From the IMG/VR virus record IMGVR_UViG_3300038312_000391, positions 1 through 47,469 of that record: a stretch of 47,469 nt of DNA. One strand, given 5' to 3'. Positions 8,845-17,510 of this stretch are shown here, piece after piece. How positions within the stretch are numbered: position 1 is the first letter of the stretch; each line of letters starts with the position of its first letter. The notes under the pieces were generated by a model. The model searched no databases, was not told the DNA's origin, and saw only the letters and a program-made list of their open reading frames with translations. A program made the position numbers and the translations under genes. Origin of the DNA: a virus (taxonomy: Duplodnaviria; Caudoviricetes).

Positions 8845-10282
8845 CTTTCTTTCCATCCTCTGGTTCTGAACCGTCATCCGGTTCGGGTTGCGTTTCCTGC
8901 ACCATCTGGTCGTTCGCAATCGGAATTTCCAGTTCGCGCATCAATTTGATTTCCTTGGCTCTCTGCCGCAGAACCGACATATAGTCGCGTCCGTCCTTGG
9001 CACATTCCGCAGCCAGCGTTGTGGTGTTGTTTTCCAGCCGGATTTGCTGCGCCGTCGCTTCCTTCGTCGGATCAACGTGAACAAATCCATCCCAGAACCA
9101 CGTGTGACGCGGTGTCCTCCGTTCTGCCGGATTGCCGTTCGTGAAGGAGTATTCCTGATACCACATATCGAAAATGTGGTTTAGAACTTCCGTCTCCCAA
9201 AACGAGCGATCCACCAGAATGCTCTTGTGATACAGCTGGTTGTCCAGCCGCCCGGACGCATAATTGTGTCCGCTGAAATCACCGGACACCGAGCCGTAGG
9301 TGGATACGGCGCACCGGGCGATTTCGGAAAGAATGATTTTCACAAACTCCCCGTGATTCGCGGTCGGTTGCTTGGCGTCCAGCTGTGCCATTTTCCATCC
9401 GGCGGGAACGGTCAGCATCATATTGCGTTCCAATTCCAGCGCATCCATGGGCGGCACATTTGCCGCTTCTCCGTCCGGCGGAGCATCCGTATACAAAATC
9501 GCGGCAAAATCGGCGGCGGCTTCTGCAGCGCTCAAGACCGCAAGGTTGTATCTGCGGAGCTGGGCAAACAACGGCAAAGCCGCTGAAAGTTCCGGCACGC
9601 CTCGATGCAGTTCCGGTCTGTCCGGCCGGAAAATGTGAAGCATATATTCCGCCGGAACGTGAAACACATCCTCGCCAGTGGCGTATTTTACATCGCCCGG
9701 ATGGTATTTGAGAATCCGGTAGTCCATCGGATTGCCCCATACATCGTAGGTGATGCCGTCGACAGCGGTATCGTCCTCCAGCCACCGCAGTTCACCGGAA
9801 ACGCGGTCGGCTTCAATGAGCATCACGTCCATTTTAACGGGATGGCGCACTTTCGGATTTGTTGCCATCACGGCGAATGCCTCGCCATCCTGACAGCGGC
9901 TGATCCGCATCATCCGCAGTTTCTGCGGCAGTTTCACCGCTTCGGCCCAGAGCGCAAATTCCGTTTCGACATCGTCGTTGAATTCTTCATTCTCGGCCAG
10001 AACCTGCAATCGCGGTCCCGTGCCGATGGTGTCGTTCGCCAGCATCTGTACCAATCCCTTGGCGTAACTGTTGTTGGCGATTTCATAACGGGAACGCTGG
10101 CGGAGGATTTTACGAACTTCCGGTCTCGCCTCCTGGTCGGCGGAGAGATAATCCGCCATCGCCCAATGCCGCACGTTGTCCTTGGTGGTCTGCGCCGCGT
10201 CGAACCGCGCCGTGACCGTCCGGTGGAAATGAGCGTCCGGCGGCGTCCGGGTTCGGAACATCGTTTTCAATCGTTCAAACAT
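8837..10282 (-). CDS. Phage portal protein, lambda family
   Basis: LRQRSRYEIANNSYAKG, DGEAF, IEADR, RGVPEL, GDFSGHNYASGR and VDPTKE motifs. Confidence 0.92.
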   Translation of the reverse strand: MFERLKTMFRTRTPPDAHFHRTVTARFDAAQTTKDNVRHWAMADYLSADQEARPEVRKILRQRSRYEIANNSYAKGLVQMLANDTIGTGPRLQVLAENEEFNDDVETEFALWAEAVKLPQKLRMMRISRCQDGEAFAVMATNPKVRHPVKMDVMLIEADRVSGELRWLEDDTAVDGITYDVWGNPMDYRILKYHPGDVKYATGEDVFHVPAEYMLHIFRPDRPELHRGVPELSAALPLFAQLRRYNLAVLSAAEAAADFAAILYTDAPPDGEAANVPPMDALELERNMMLTVPAGWKMAQLDAKQPTANHGEFVKIILSEIARCAVSTYGSVSGDFSGHNYASGRLDNQLYHKSILVDRSFWETEVLNHIFDMWYQEYSFTNGNPAERRTPRHTWFWDGFVHVDPTKEATAQQIRLENNTTTLAAECAKDGRDYMSVLRQRAKEIKLMRELEIPIANDQMVQETQPEPDDGSEPEDGKKDE

Positions 10283-10283
10283 G

Positions 10284-10487
10284 TTACGCTCCCGAATGAT
10301 GCATCGGCGTGATTTTGAGTCCCGTTCCGCGTCCCTGCATCACTTTCTTTTTGGCAAGATATTCGTCCGCTGCGATCTGGTCGGTCAGCGAATGCTGTTC
10401 GACCTTCTGCCCGTCCACTTCGGCGGACTTCGGTCCGGTTGCATTTTTGCGAATGCTCTCGTCAAGATTTTCAGTTGTTTCCGACAT
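10284..10487 (-). CDS. Putative head-tail adaptor (gpW-like position)
   Basis: 67 aa MSETTENL...DGQKVEQHSLTDQI; AAGGAG RBS; immediately upstream of the portal gene. Confidence 0.65.
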   Translation of the reverse strand: MSETTENLDESIRKNATGPKSAEVDGQKVEQHSLTDQIAADEYLAKKKVMQGRGTGLKITPMHHSGA

Positions 10488-10495
10488 AGTTCTCC

Positions 10496-10536
10496 TTGAC
10501 TTTCTTAGGTTAATGGTGTATCTTAGTATTGACAAT
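10496..10536 (+). promoter_or_regulatory. Sigma70-like promoter and candidate operator of the antitoxin-doc operon
   Basis: TTGACT (10496-10501)-17 bp-TATCTT (10519-10524); ATTG-A-CAAT palindrome at 10528-10536. Confidence 0.5.
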
Positions 10537-10559
10537 GTGATAACAATAGGAGGTGAGTC

Positions 10560-10787
10560 ATGATCAAAACATTGACCAAGCACGGCAACAGCGCGGCGCT
10601 CGTCATAGAGCGTCCCATTCTGGATTTGCTCGGTGCGACCATCGACACCGCTTTTGAAGTGGTGACCGACGGACAGGCACTTGTTCTCACTCCGGTGAAG
10701 GATGCCGTCCGGGCAAGCAAATTCCGCAAGTCCATGGACAAGGTCGGGAAACGCTATGCGAAATCCTTTGAGGAACTGGCAAAGTGA
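10560..10787 (+). CDS. AbrB/MazE-family antitoxin
   Basis: KHGNSAALVI swapped-hairpin motif; C-terminus YAKSFEELAK; AGGAGG RBS; GTGA overlap with doc. Confidence 0.88.
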   Translation: MIKTLTKHGNSAALVIERPILDLLGATIDTAFEVVTDGQALVLTPVKDAVRASKFRKSMDKVGKRYAKSFEELAK

Positions 10788-11179
10788 AATCCGAACCTGC
10801 ATTCCTGACGTTCGCCGAAGTGATTGAAATCCACGATTATCAGATTGAAAACTTCGGCGGTGCGTCCGGATTGCGCGATATAGAACTTTTGAAATCGGCC
10901 ATCGGAATGCCGTCCGCCACGTTCGGCGGAACGTTTCTGCATCCGACCATTTATGAAATGGCGTCGGCTTATCTTTTCCATCTGGTCGAAAACCATCCGT
11001 TCGTCGACGGGAACAAGCGTGTCGGCGCAATGGCGGCTTTGGTGTTTCTTGATTTGAACGGCATTGATTTTGACGCATCCGACGAGGAATTCACCGCCAT
11101 GGTTCTCCGTGTCGCCAGCGGGAAAATGCTCAAAGCGGAAATCACTCTTTTTCTGAAAAACCACTGCTGCGAACGCTGA
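10784..11179 (+). CDS. doc: Death-on-curing (Doc) toxin
   Basis: HPFVDGNKR Doc motif; GG.SGLRD N-terminus; paired with the upstream antitoxin. Confidence 0.93.
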   Translation: MKSEPAFLTFAEVIEIHDYQIENFGGASGLRDIELLKSAIGMPSATFGGTFLHPTIYEMASAYLFHLVENHPFVDGNKRVGAMAALVFLDLNGIDFDASDEEFTAMVLRVASGKMLKAEITLFLKNHCCER

Positions 11180-12821
11180 TATCCTCCATGTGCTGAATTC
11201 GCTGCCCGATCCACGCCATCACATTCACACACATACTGTTGCCGCAGGCTTTGTAGCGCGGCGCGTCCGGGCATTCATCTTCCGGCTTGCCTTTCCATGG
11301 GATGCGCGTATGATTGTCGGGAAAACCCATCAGTCTTTCGCATTCGACCGGAAGCAATCGCCGGACGGTGGCATTCTGACAGACGCCCATAACACCGGTG
11401 CAGTTTTGAGTGTAGGCGACTTCCTCTTTCGCTCCGATTCCGTTTCCGCCATTTTCGACCTGCCGTCCAATCACGTTTTCCGCGATTGCGACTGCCGGAA
11501 TGACCTGACTTCGGATGGTCGGGAACGCGCCAGTCCAATATCCCTGCTGTTCGCCTCCGGCGTCATTCTTGATGAAGCCAATCGGCTCTTCATCGCGCAT
11601 GACCAAAGGGAGATTTCCTCCGCCAGTTCCAGCCCGGCTTGTAATCGTAGGTGAAACGCCCGGTGATTCCTTAATCCGGCTGTCGTTGCCGTGATTCTCA
11701 AAGCAGACCGCATTCTGATGTCCCGGACATGTTCCGTTAACGAGCGTATTGGAACACTCCTCCAGCGGAATCATGCTTTCGGCTTTGCGCTGCGGATAGA
11801 ACGAGATGGCTTTGCCGCCCTTGTAATCGGTGGCGATCAGCGTCGGCGCGATTTCCTTTTCATGGATTTCCACTTGCCGGATGTCGAAACATTCCTGCTC
11901 TTTCGGGAGGCAGATAATCGTCTGATCGTTGCCGGTTGCGAGAGTGTGGCTCAGATTGTCTCCGATGAGTGCGCCTTTTCCGCCGCCGGGTTTTCCGCAC
12001 CGCATCCGGATTGACTTTGCCGAATCAATGCCGCTTTCAGCACCGGAGGCAAGTCCTTGCCTCTTCGTTCTGCCCGGCGGAGTATCCCCACCGCGCATTT
12101 CGCCGTCAAATAATACTTTGGCGGGATAGAGCCAGCTATCAAGATGTCCGACAAGGATGAGACGTCGCCGTCGCTGCGGAACCGCCCTTGGAAATTCGGG
12201 AACTCTGGTATATTGAGCGTCAAGTATTCGCCACGCCACTCCGAAACATCCGGGTGCGTTGGTGACGATTCCGCATTTCCGCCAGCCGTCTTTGGGAGGT
12301 TTGACTTCCCATCCGCACAGGAGCGATAAGAATCCGGCAAAATCGCTGCCGCAGTCACCGCTGCTGAGGATGCCCGGCACGTTTTCAAAAACGACGATTC
12401 GAGCTTTTGTCCGATAAGCCAGTTTGACAAATTCAAGGGTGAGGTTTCCACGCGGATCGGCGAGTCCCTTCCGCAATCCGGCCAGACTGTAGGATTGACA
12501 GGGACAGCCGCCGACGAGCAAATCAATGTGTCCGTCATAGTCTGTTTCCTTTATTTTGGGAAAATCGCCGAGATTGGGTATCCGTCCGCCCGGAGGCAGT
12601 TCGGCAATCTGCTTTTTCCAGCTCTCACGGAGCTTCCGGTCTTTTTCATTCTGCGCCTCGGCAGGATCAAGCGAACGCAACGGACGTGTCGCTCCGAACC
12701 GTTCGCACAGCACCGCCGACGGGAACGGCTCGACTTCGGCATAGAATTTTGCCGTCCAGCCAAGCGGTTTCCATGCGAGGCTTGCCGCCTCCACGCCGCT
12801 GCATACACTTCCGTAATTCAT
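11142..12821 (-). CDS. dcm: DNA (cytosine-5) methyltransferase with long multi-module variable region
   Basis: Motifs I (SVCSGVEA), IV (GGCPCQ), VI (ENV), VIII (QRRRR), IX (RRLLPVECERLMGFP) and X (YKACGNS). Confidence 0.93.
   Translation of the reverse strand: MNYGSVCSGVEAASLAWKPLGWTAKFYAEVEPFPSAVLCERFGATRPLRSLDPAEAQNEKDRKLRESWKKQIAELPPGGRIPNLGDFPKIKETDYDGHIDLLVGGCPCQSYSLAGLRKGLADPRGNLTLEFVKLAYRTKARIVVFENVPGILSSGDCGSDFAGFLSLLCGWEVKPPKDGWRKCGIVTNAPGCFGVAWRILDAQYTRVPEFPRAVPQRRRRLILVGHLDSWLYPAKVLFDGEMRGGDTPPGRTKRQGLASGAESGIDSAKSIRMRCGKPGGGKGALIGDNLSHTLATGNDQTIICLPKEQECFDIRQVEIHEKEIAPTLIATDYKGGKAISFYPQRKAESMIPLEECSNTLVNGTCPGHQNAVCFENHGNDSRIKESPGVSPTITSRAGTGGGNLPLVMRDEEPIGFIKNDAGGEQQGYWTGAFPTIRSQVIPAVAIAENVIGRQVENGGNGIGAKEEVAYTQNCTGVMGVCQNATVRRLLPVECERLMGFPDNHTRIPWKGKPEDECPDAPRYKACGNSMCVNVMAWIGQRIQHMEDISVRSSGFSEKE
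11951..12538 (-). CDS. Nested alternative-frame ORF in the methyltransferase (M.EcoHK31I beta-subunit-like)
   Basis: 195 aa same-strand ORF wholly inside dcm, ending SLSDIL...KYYLTAKCAVGILRRAERRGKDLP, a pattern I recall from overlapping ORFs of C5-MTases. Confidence 0.65.
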   Translation of the reverse strand: MTDTLICSSAAVPVNPTVWPDCGRDSPIRVETSPLNLSNWLIGQKLESSFLKTCRASSAAVTAAAILPDSYRSCADGKSNLPKTAGGNAESSPTHPDVSEWRGEYLTLNIPEFPNFQGRFRSDGDVSSLSDILIAGSIPPKYYLTAKCAVGILRRAERRGKDLPPVLKAALIRQSQSGCGAENPAAEKAHSSETI

Positions 12822-12860
12822 ATGCTCTCCGATTTTTCATGATGGTTGATTTTGTTCTGT

Positions 12861-12894
12861 CCTATTTCTTTGCCAAAATCGGAAAAAACCGTCG
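12861..12894 (-). promoter_or_regulatory. 34-bp conserved motif copy A (candidate phage-specific promoter)
   Basis: CCTATTTCTTTGCCAAAA-N5-AAAAACCGTCG, 40 bp upstream of the dcm start; same motif at 29153 and 32274. Confidence 0.75.
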
Positions 12895-12910
12895 GTAAAA
12901 ATGACCTTTT

Positions 12911-15253
12911 TCAATGTTTTTTTCGGCTTTTTTGCAGATCGGAGAGTTTGACGGACGATTCTTGCGTTTGCGGAATGGAATACAATTCCCGTTTCCCTTT
13001 CTGCATATCGGAAAGACGTCCCGTCATTGCCGTTCGTTTCTTCACCGCACCGAATTCCGGCATGGTGCATCCGAGCATGGACGCGCAGACGGCGCAACCT
13101 GCAATACAGTCCAGCCAGTGATTGTCATTCCGTTCAGGACGAATTTTCCATTCATCAACCGTCCGGCCGCGTCCGACAGTTTTTACGCGGTATTCCGCCG
13201 TCAAGTGTTCAGCTATCAACTGATGAAGCGCCGGATGCCGTCCATAGAACGAAAGGCTGCTTTTGTCTCCCATCGGCACGGTCAGTCTGGCATGGATGAA
13301 CGATTTCCAAAAGTTGGAATCGAAAATCACGTGCCGGATGGCGCGTTTCCCCGCCACGTTCGGCATCATCCAGTTGAATCCGAGGCGGTCGCCGGGTTGT
13401 TTCCGGTATTCGGTCATCGGCTTGGATGACGCGCCGACATATCTGCCGTGCGCCGGATAGATGACGCCACCCCACTGGCTCTGCCGACAGAACTGGTAAA
13501 CGATGTCCGTCGAGCTGCCCCAGTTCGCGTCAATCATCGCCCGTTCAATTTTCAGCATCGCGCCGTCCTCCCGTTCCCATTCGCGGGAGAGCATGTCATC
13601 CACCAGTTCGGTCAACGCGCCATAGAGCCCGCCTTCCAATCCGGCGGTTGGAAATTTCGACTGGATGGTCGGATTCGCGGATGCCAGCGTAAACATCCGG
13701 TTATGCTGTTCCGGCCATGCTCCGTAATCAATCACCGCACCGGTGAAATTTTCCGACCATGCCACCACCGAATAGAACAGCAGGGCTTTTTGAATATCGA
13801 TGAACATTGTGATGCGGTCGCAAGCCAGCGGCACTTTTCCCGCCGTTAAGCCGTTGACTTTGCTGGCAATCTCATCCACCGACAGCAGTGCGTCATCATC
13901 CATATCTTCCGGCAACGGCTCATTCTGATATTCGCTCATGAATGCGACCTCATCCCGGAACTTCAGATTCATGGCATGCTGTAAGGCAGACACCTCGTCG
14001 GCATTGAACCGGGCATCCCATTCAACCTCCGAGCCTTCGTCCATTGCCTCGCGATGGGCAAGGTAGAAATCGGTCGCCGCTTGAAAATTGCCGTCCGTCC
14101 GCAATGCTTCAGCCCGGATGTCCGCATACTCGTCCCAAAGTTTCATATTTTTGGGAAACTTGTACACCATCTTGGTTTTCTCGCCATTCCAGTCGGGATG
14201 CGTCTGACGGTTCAAAATCGTGTCCGCCATATCGCCCGGACGAATAATCGTACACGGCATGATGCCCGAAATTTTCTCGCCCGGTCCGGCAAGACCGAGA
14301 ATGTCTCCGGCGAGGACACGGACGCGCTTTCGCGTCTGTTCCAGACTGCCGGCCGATTCCGAGGTCTGCGGATCATCGATGATGACCAGTGATGGACGGA
14401 CGTTTTTACCATCGGCGCGTTTGTATTTCATTCCTCGGATTCGACCGGTTATTCCCGCTACCCGGACGATTACGCCGGATGCCGGACTGTCGGCAATTGT
14501 CGGCAGTACGATTTCATTGCTTGTCCACGTAATGCGTGTCCGCTCTCCTTTGTAAAGCTGTCCGGCACATCGGTTGGCAATGCCGTCCAAGGCGGCAATC
14601 GGGAAACTGACTTCCGGGAAGTCCGCCAGCAGATGCTCGTTGGTTTCCAGTTCCGTTTTGATGCTGTCCAGCATTTCCAAGGCGGCCGCCTCGGTAGCGC
14701 CGACAAGAAACACAAATTCCCGGTGACCGTAAAGCATTGACCACAAGGCGGCGCATTCGGTCATTGTCGATTTGCCACTGCCGCGAGGCATCGCCATGGC
14801 GAACAGACCGCCATGCAAAACCGCAGTCTCGATTTTCGCAATCACTTTCAGGTGATCGGCTGACCATTCCAAAGAGAAGTTCGCCGGGAAATAGCTCTCG
14901 CAGAACAGTTTGAAATTCGTCCGGCACTGTTCTTTCAGTTCCGGATTCTCCACTTCCGGCAATTCGCCAATATCGCGTCCGGCAAGTGCCAACGCGATAT
15001 TCCGATTGCGGACGGCGTTCTTTTTTTCCTCGTAGGTTTGATTCACCTCCGACTGCCGGATATGCAGTTGTTCCCGAAGCCACGCCGCATATTTGAACAG
15101 ATTGACTGTCGAGCCGTCATCGTCGGTAATGCGGAATCCGGCACGTTCACGGTGTCGCCACAGTCTGCGGTCATTCAGCACATCGCGGAGCGGTGTGGAA
15201 TTCACCAGCCTTACAATTTCAATCGGCTTGAGCCGACTCGGATTCATTGCCAT
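12911..15253 (-). CDS. Terminase large subunit (gpA-like) with extra N-terminal HTH-like domain
   Basis: Walker A PRGSGKS, Walker B VIIDD, nuclease FIDIQ and NHWLDC motifs; upstream of the portal gene. Confidence 0.9.
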   Translation of the reverse strand: MAMNPSRLKPIEIVRLVNSTPLRDVLNDRRLWRHRERAGFRITDDDGSTVNLFKYAAWLREQLHIRQSEVNQTYEEKKNAVRNRNIALALAGRDIGELPEVENPELKEQCRTNFKLFCESYFPANFSLEWSADHLKVIAKIETAVLHGGLFAMAMPRGSGKSTMTECAALWSMLYGHREFVFLVGATEAAALEMLDSIKTELETNEHLLADFPEVSFPIAALDGIANRCAGQLYKGERTRITWTSNEIVLPTIADSPASGVIVRVAGITGRIRGMKYKRADGKNVRPSLVIIDDPQTSESAGSLEQTRKRVRVLAGDILGLAGPGEKISGIMPCTIIRPGDMADTILNRQTHPDWNGEKTKMVYKFPKNMKLWDEYADIRAEALRTDGNFQAATDFYLAHREAMDEGSEVEWDARFNADEVSALQHAMNLKFRDEVAFMSEYQNEPLPEDMDDDALLSVDEIASKVNGLTAGKVPLACDRITMFIDIQKALLFYSVVAWSENFTGAVIDYGAWPEQHNRMFTLASANPTIQSKFPTAGLEGGLYGALTELVDDMLSREWEREDGAMLKIERAMIDANWGSSTDIVYQFCRQSQWGGVIYPAHGRYVGASSKPMTEYRKQPGDRLGFNWMMPNVAGKRAIRHVIFDSNFWKSFIHARLTVPMGDKSSLSFYGRHPALHQLIAEHLTAEYRVKTVGRGRTVDEWKIRPERNDNHWLDCIAGCAVCASMLGCTMPEFGAVKKRTAMTGRLSDMQKGKRELYSIPQTQESSVKLSDLQKSRKKH

Positions 15254-15443
15254 CGCGGTCTATCTCCTTTATCATCCACGCCATGTATTTTACCAGATTG
15301 ACCGTGCCGTCGGCGTTGACCGGCATTCCCGAATCTATGTCCCGCCGGAGCATTTCCAGCGTCATAATCCGGCAGCCCGATTTGACGAGGACTTTCACCA
15401 GATTTTCCGGTGAAAGCGCTAATGGATTCAGATGTTCGTCCAT
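15219..15443 (-). CDS. Putative terminase small subunit / HTH DNA-binding protein
   Basis: 74 aa directly upstream of TerL; GMPVNADGTVNLVKYMAW resembles a Nu1-type winged HTH. Confidence 0.6.
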   Translation of the reverse strand: MDEHLNPLALSPENLVKVLVKSGCRIMTLEMLRRDIDSGMPVNADGTVNLVKYMAWMIKEIDRDGNESESAQAD

Positions 15444-15572
15444 GTAAAGTCCTTATGTTGAAGAATTATCGATTTAATATCGGAATCGCTCTGGCTATGT
15501 GCGAATACAACGCTTAATTATCACCAGCGCAACGAGATACGCTCAAAGTCAAAAACCATTAAGGAGTCAGAA

Positions 15573-16103
15573 ATGAGCAACAAAATGAATGTCACGGTCG
15601 GAAGCAAAGTCATCGTCAAAGTCGGATGCCGCGAAATCAATGCAACGGTTCTCGAAGTCACCGAAACCGGATGCCGCGTCCAAAGTATCGCCAGCGGCAA
15701 GGAATTCTCAACGACGAGAATCATTCGCATCGTCGAGCCGGAAGAATCGCAACCCGCTGAAGAATCGCCAATGCCGGAAGATACTTCCATGAAAGTAGAA
15801 CAACCGACAGAATCGGAAGAACAAGATGCTCCGAATCCGGTTCCCGAATCCGGCAAGCCGGAGACGCCAGCCAAGAAGATGTCGCTGATGGATGCCGCTG
15901 TCGAGGTGTTGAAAAACAGCGGGAAACCGCTGAACACCCGCGAAATCGTCAAGGCGGCAACCGAAGCCGGATTGTGGATTCCGACCGCATGCAAGACACC
16001 GGAGCAGACCTTGTACGGCAGCATCTTCCGCGAAATCGCCACCAAGGAAAATCCACGCATCGTCAAAAGCGAGATGAAGGGTAAATTCGAGTTTGCCAAG
16101 TAA
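15573..16103 (+). CDS. Winged HTH (HARE-HTH) domain protein with acidic linker
   Basis: C-terminal MSLMDAAVEVL...PLNTREIV...KTPEQTLYGSIFREI; AAGGAG RBS. Confidence 0.78.
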   Translation: MSNKMNVTVGSKVIVKVGCREINATVLEVTETGCRVQSIASGKEFSTTRIIRIVEPEESQPAEESPMPEDTSMKVEQPTESEEQDAPNPVPESGKPETPAKKMSLMDAAVEVLKNSGKPLNTREIVKAATEAGLWIPTACKTPEQTLYGSIFREIATKENPRIVKSEMKGKFEFAK

Positions 16104-16119
16104 CTTTCCGGATATCCAA

Positions 16120-17349
16120 TCATTCTTCGGATGGCGAGGATTCTTCAACGGCGGGGGTAAGCGATAGCCAGTCGCACCCTTCGCCGTATTTGAATTCAGC
16201 CCAGCGACGCCGGATGACGTCGCAGTATTTTTCGTCCAGTTCAATCATCCGGCATTTGCGACCGGTCTGCTCACAGGCAATGAGCGTCGAACCGCTGCCG
16301 CCAAAATTATCCAGCACCGTTTCTCCCCGCTTGGACGAATTTTGCATTAGGTAGACCAGCATCTCAACCGGCTTCATCGACGGATGCACGTCATTGTGCT
16401 TCGGCTTATCGAAATTCAGCAGGTTGCACTGGCAACGGTCGGAATACCATTTATGCGGCGCACCGGGCTTCCAGCCGTAGAGAACACTCTCGCTTTGGTA
16501 ATGATAATCGAACCGGCCGAGGACAAAACTGTTCTTTATCCAGTAGAGCGTTTGATGGACTTCCAGTTCGGTATCCTTTGCCGCCAACCGGAAATTGACG
16601 GATTCTGAATCGCTGTGGAACACATAGAACGATGCGCCAAGACGCAGGGAATCCGATGCGCAGTGAAACGCCGCAGTCAGGAAGTCCCGGAACTTGCTAT
16701 CCGCCATGTTGTCGTTCTGAATCGTCAGACCGTTACTGCCCTGCAGGGCAACGTTATACGGCGGGTCAACCAGATAGAGGTCGGCTTTCGCTTCGCCCAT
16801 CAGTTTTGCAATGTCCTCCGGCTTCGTGGAATCTCCGCACAAGAGCAGATGTTCGCCCAGCCGATAGACCGTGCCGCGAACGCTCTCCGCCTGTTCCGGC
16901 ACTTCCGGCACCGCGTCCGGTTCGGTTTCGCCGTCCTCGACGGTGTCGGCATCCGTGCCATTCAGCAGCCGATCCAGTTCATCGGTCTCGAATCCAAGAA
17001 GCGACAGGTCGAAATTCGCATCCTGCAATTCCTTGATTTCCAGCGGCAGCAAGTCGTAATTCCACTCCGCAATTTCCGCCGTCTTGTTGTCGGCGATGCG
17101 GTACGCCTGAATCTGTTCCGGCGTGAGGTCTGCCGCCACATGAACCGGCACTTCCGTCAGCCCAAGTTTCTGCGCGGCTTTCCATCTGGTGTGTCCGCAC
17201 ACGATGACGTGGTCTTTGTCGACCACAATAGGGGACCGCCAGCCGAATTCCGAAATGGATTTCGCCACGGCGTCGACGGCATCGTCGTTGAATCGCGGAT
17301 TTTTCTCGTATGGATGGACATCCGCGATTTTCATGTTCACAATTTGCAT
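16120..17349 (-). CDS. ParB-like N-terminal domain fused to N6-adenine/N4-cytosine DNA methyltransferase (copy 1)
   Basis: PYEKNPR...PIVVD...CGHTR...RIADN ParB domain; DPPY, HPSMKP and LDNFGGSGST motifs. Start at 17349 by comparison with copy 2. Confidence 0.92.
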   Translation of the reverse strand: MQIVNMKIADVHPYEKNPRFNDDAVDAVAKSISEFGWRSPIVVDKDHVIVCGHTRWKAAQKLGLTEVPVHVAADLTPEQIQAYRIADNKTAEIAEWNYDLLPLEIKELQDANFDLSLLGFETDELDRLLNGTDADTVEDGETEPDAVPEVPEQAESVRGTVYRLGEHLLLCGDSTKPEDIAKLMGEAKADLYLVDPPYNVALQGSNGLTIQNDNMADSKFRDFLTAAFHCASDSLRLGASFYVFHSDSESVNFRLAAKDTELEVHQTLYWIKNSFVLGRFDYHYQSESVLYGWKPGAPHKWYSDRCQCNLLNFDKPKHNDVHPSMKPVEMLVYLMQNSSKRGETVLDNFGGSGSTLIACEQTGRKCRMIELDEKYCDVIRRRWAEFKYGEGCDWLSLTPAVEESSPSEE

Positions 17350-17458
17350 AAAAAGTCCTTTGATTAGGTTTGCAATTCTGATTTTCAATGTCGGAATTGC
17401 AAAGTTTTCGGTAAAAAAACAGCCTCCCGGACGCTTGCGGAAACTTTCGTTAGGGTAT

Positions 17459-17510
17459 CGAGTCCTTCCGCCGCCCTCAGGAGGCAATCCCCTTCGGGGG
17501 AACCGCTCGA
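17459..17510. other. Candidate DNA packaging (cos/pac) site, copy 1
   Basis: Non-coding blocks CGAGTCCTTCC-NNN-GCCCTC and GGGGGAACCGCTCGA conserved at 37724-37776; upstream of the packaging operon. Confidence 0.5.

Noticed and set aside
10488-11078. N-terminal extension of ORF 10284..11078
   Set aside because: Antisense to the antitoxin-doc pair; the real start is the RBS-ATG at 10487.
12861-12880. TTGGCA in the 34-bp motif read as a sigma54 -24 box
   Set aside because: No TTGC -12 element at the required spacing in any of the three copies.
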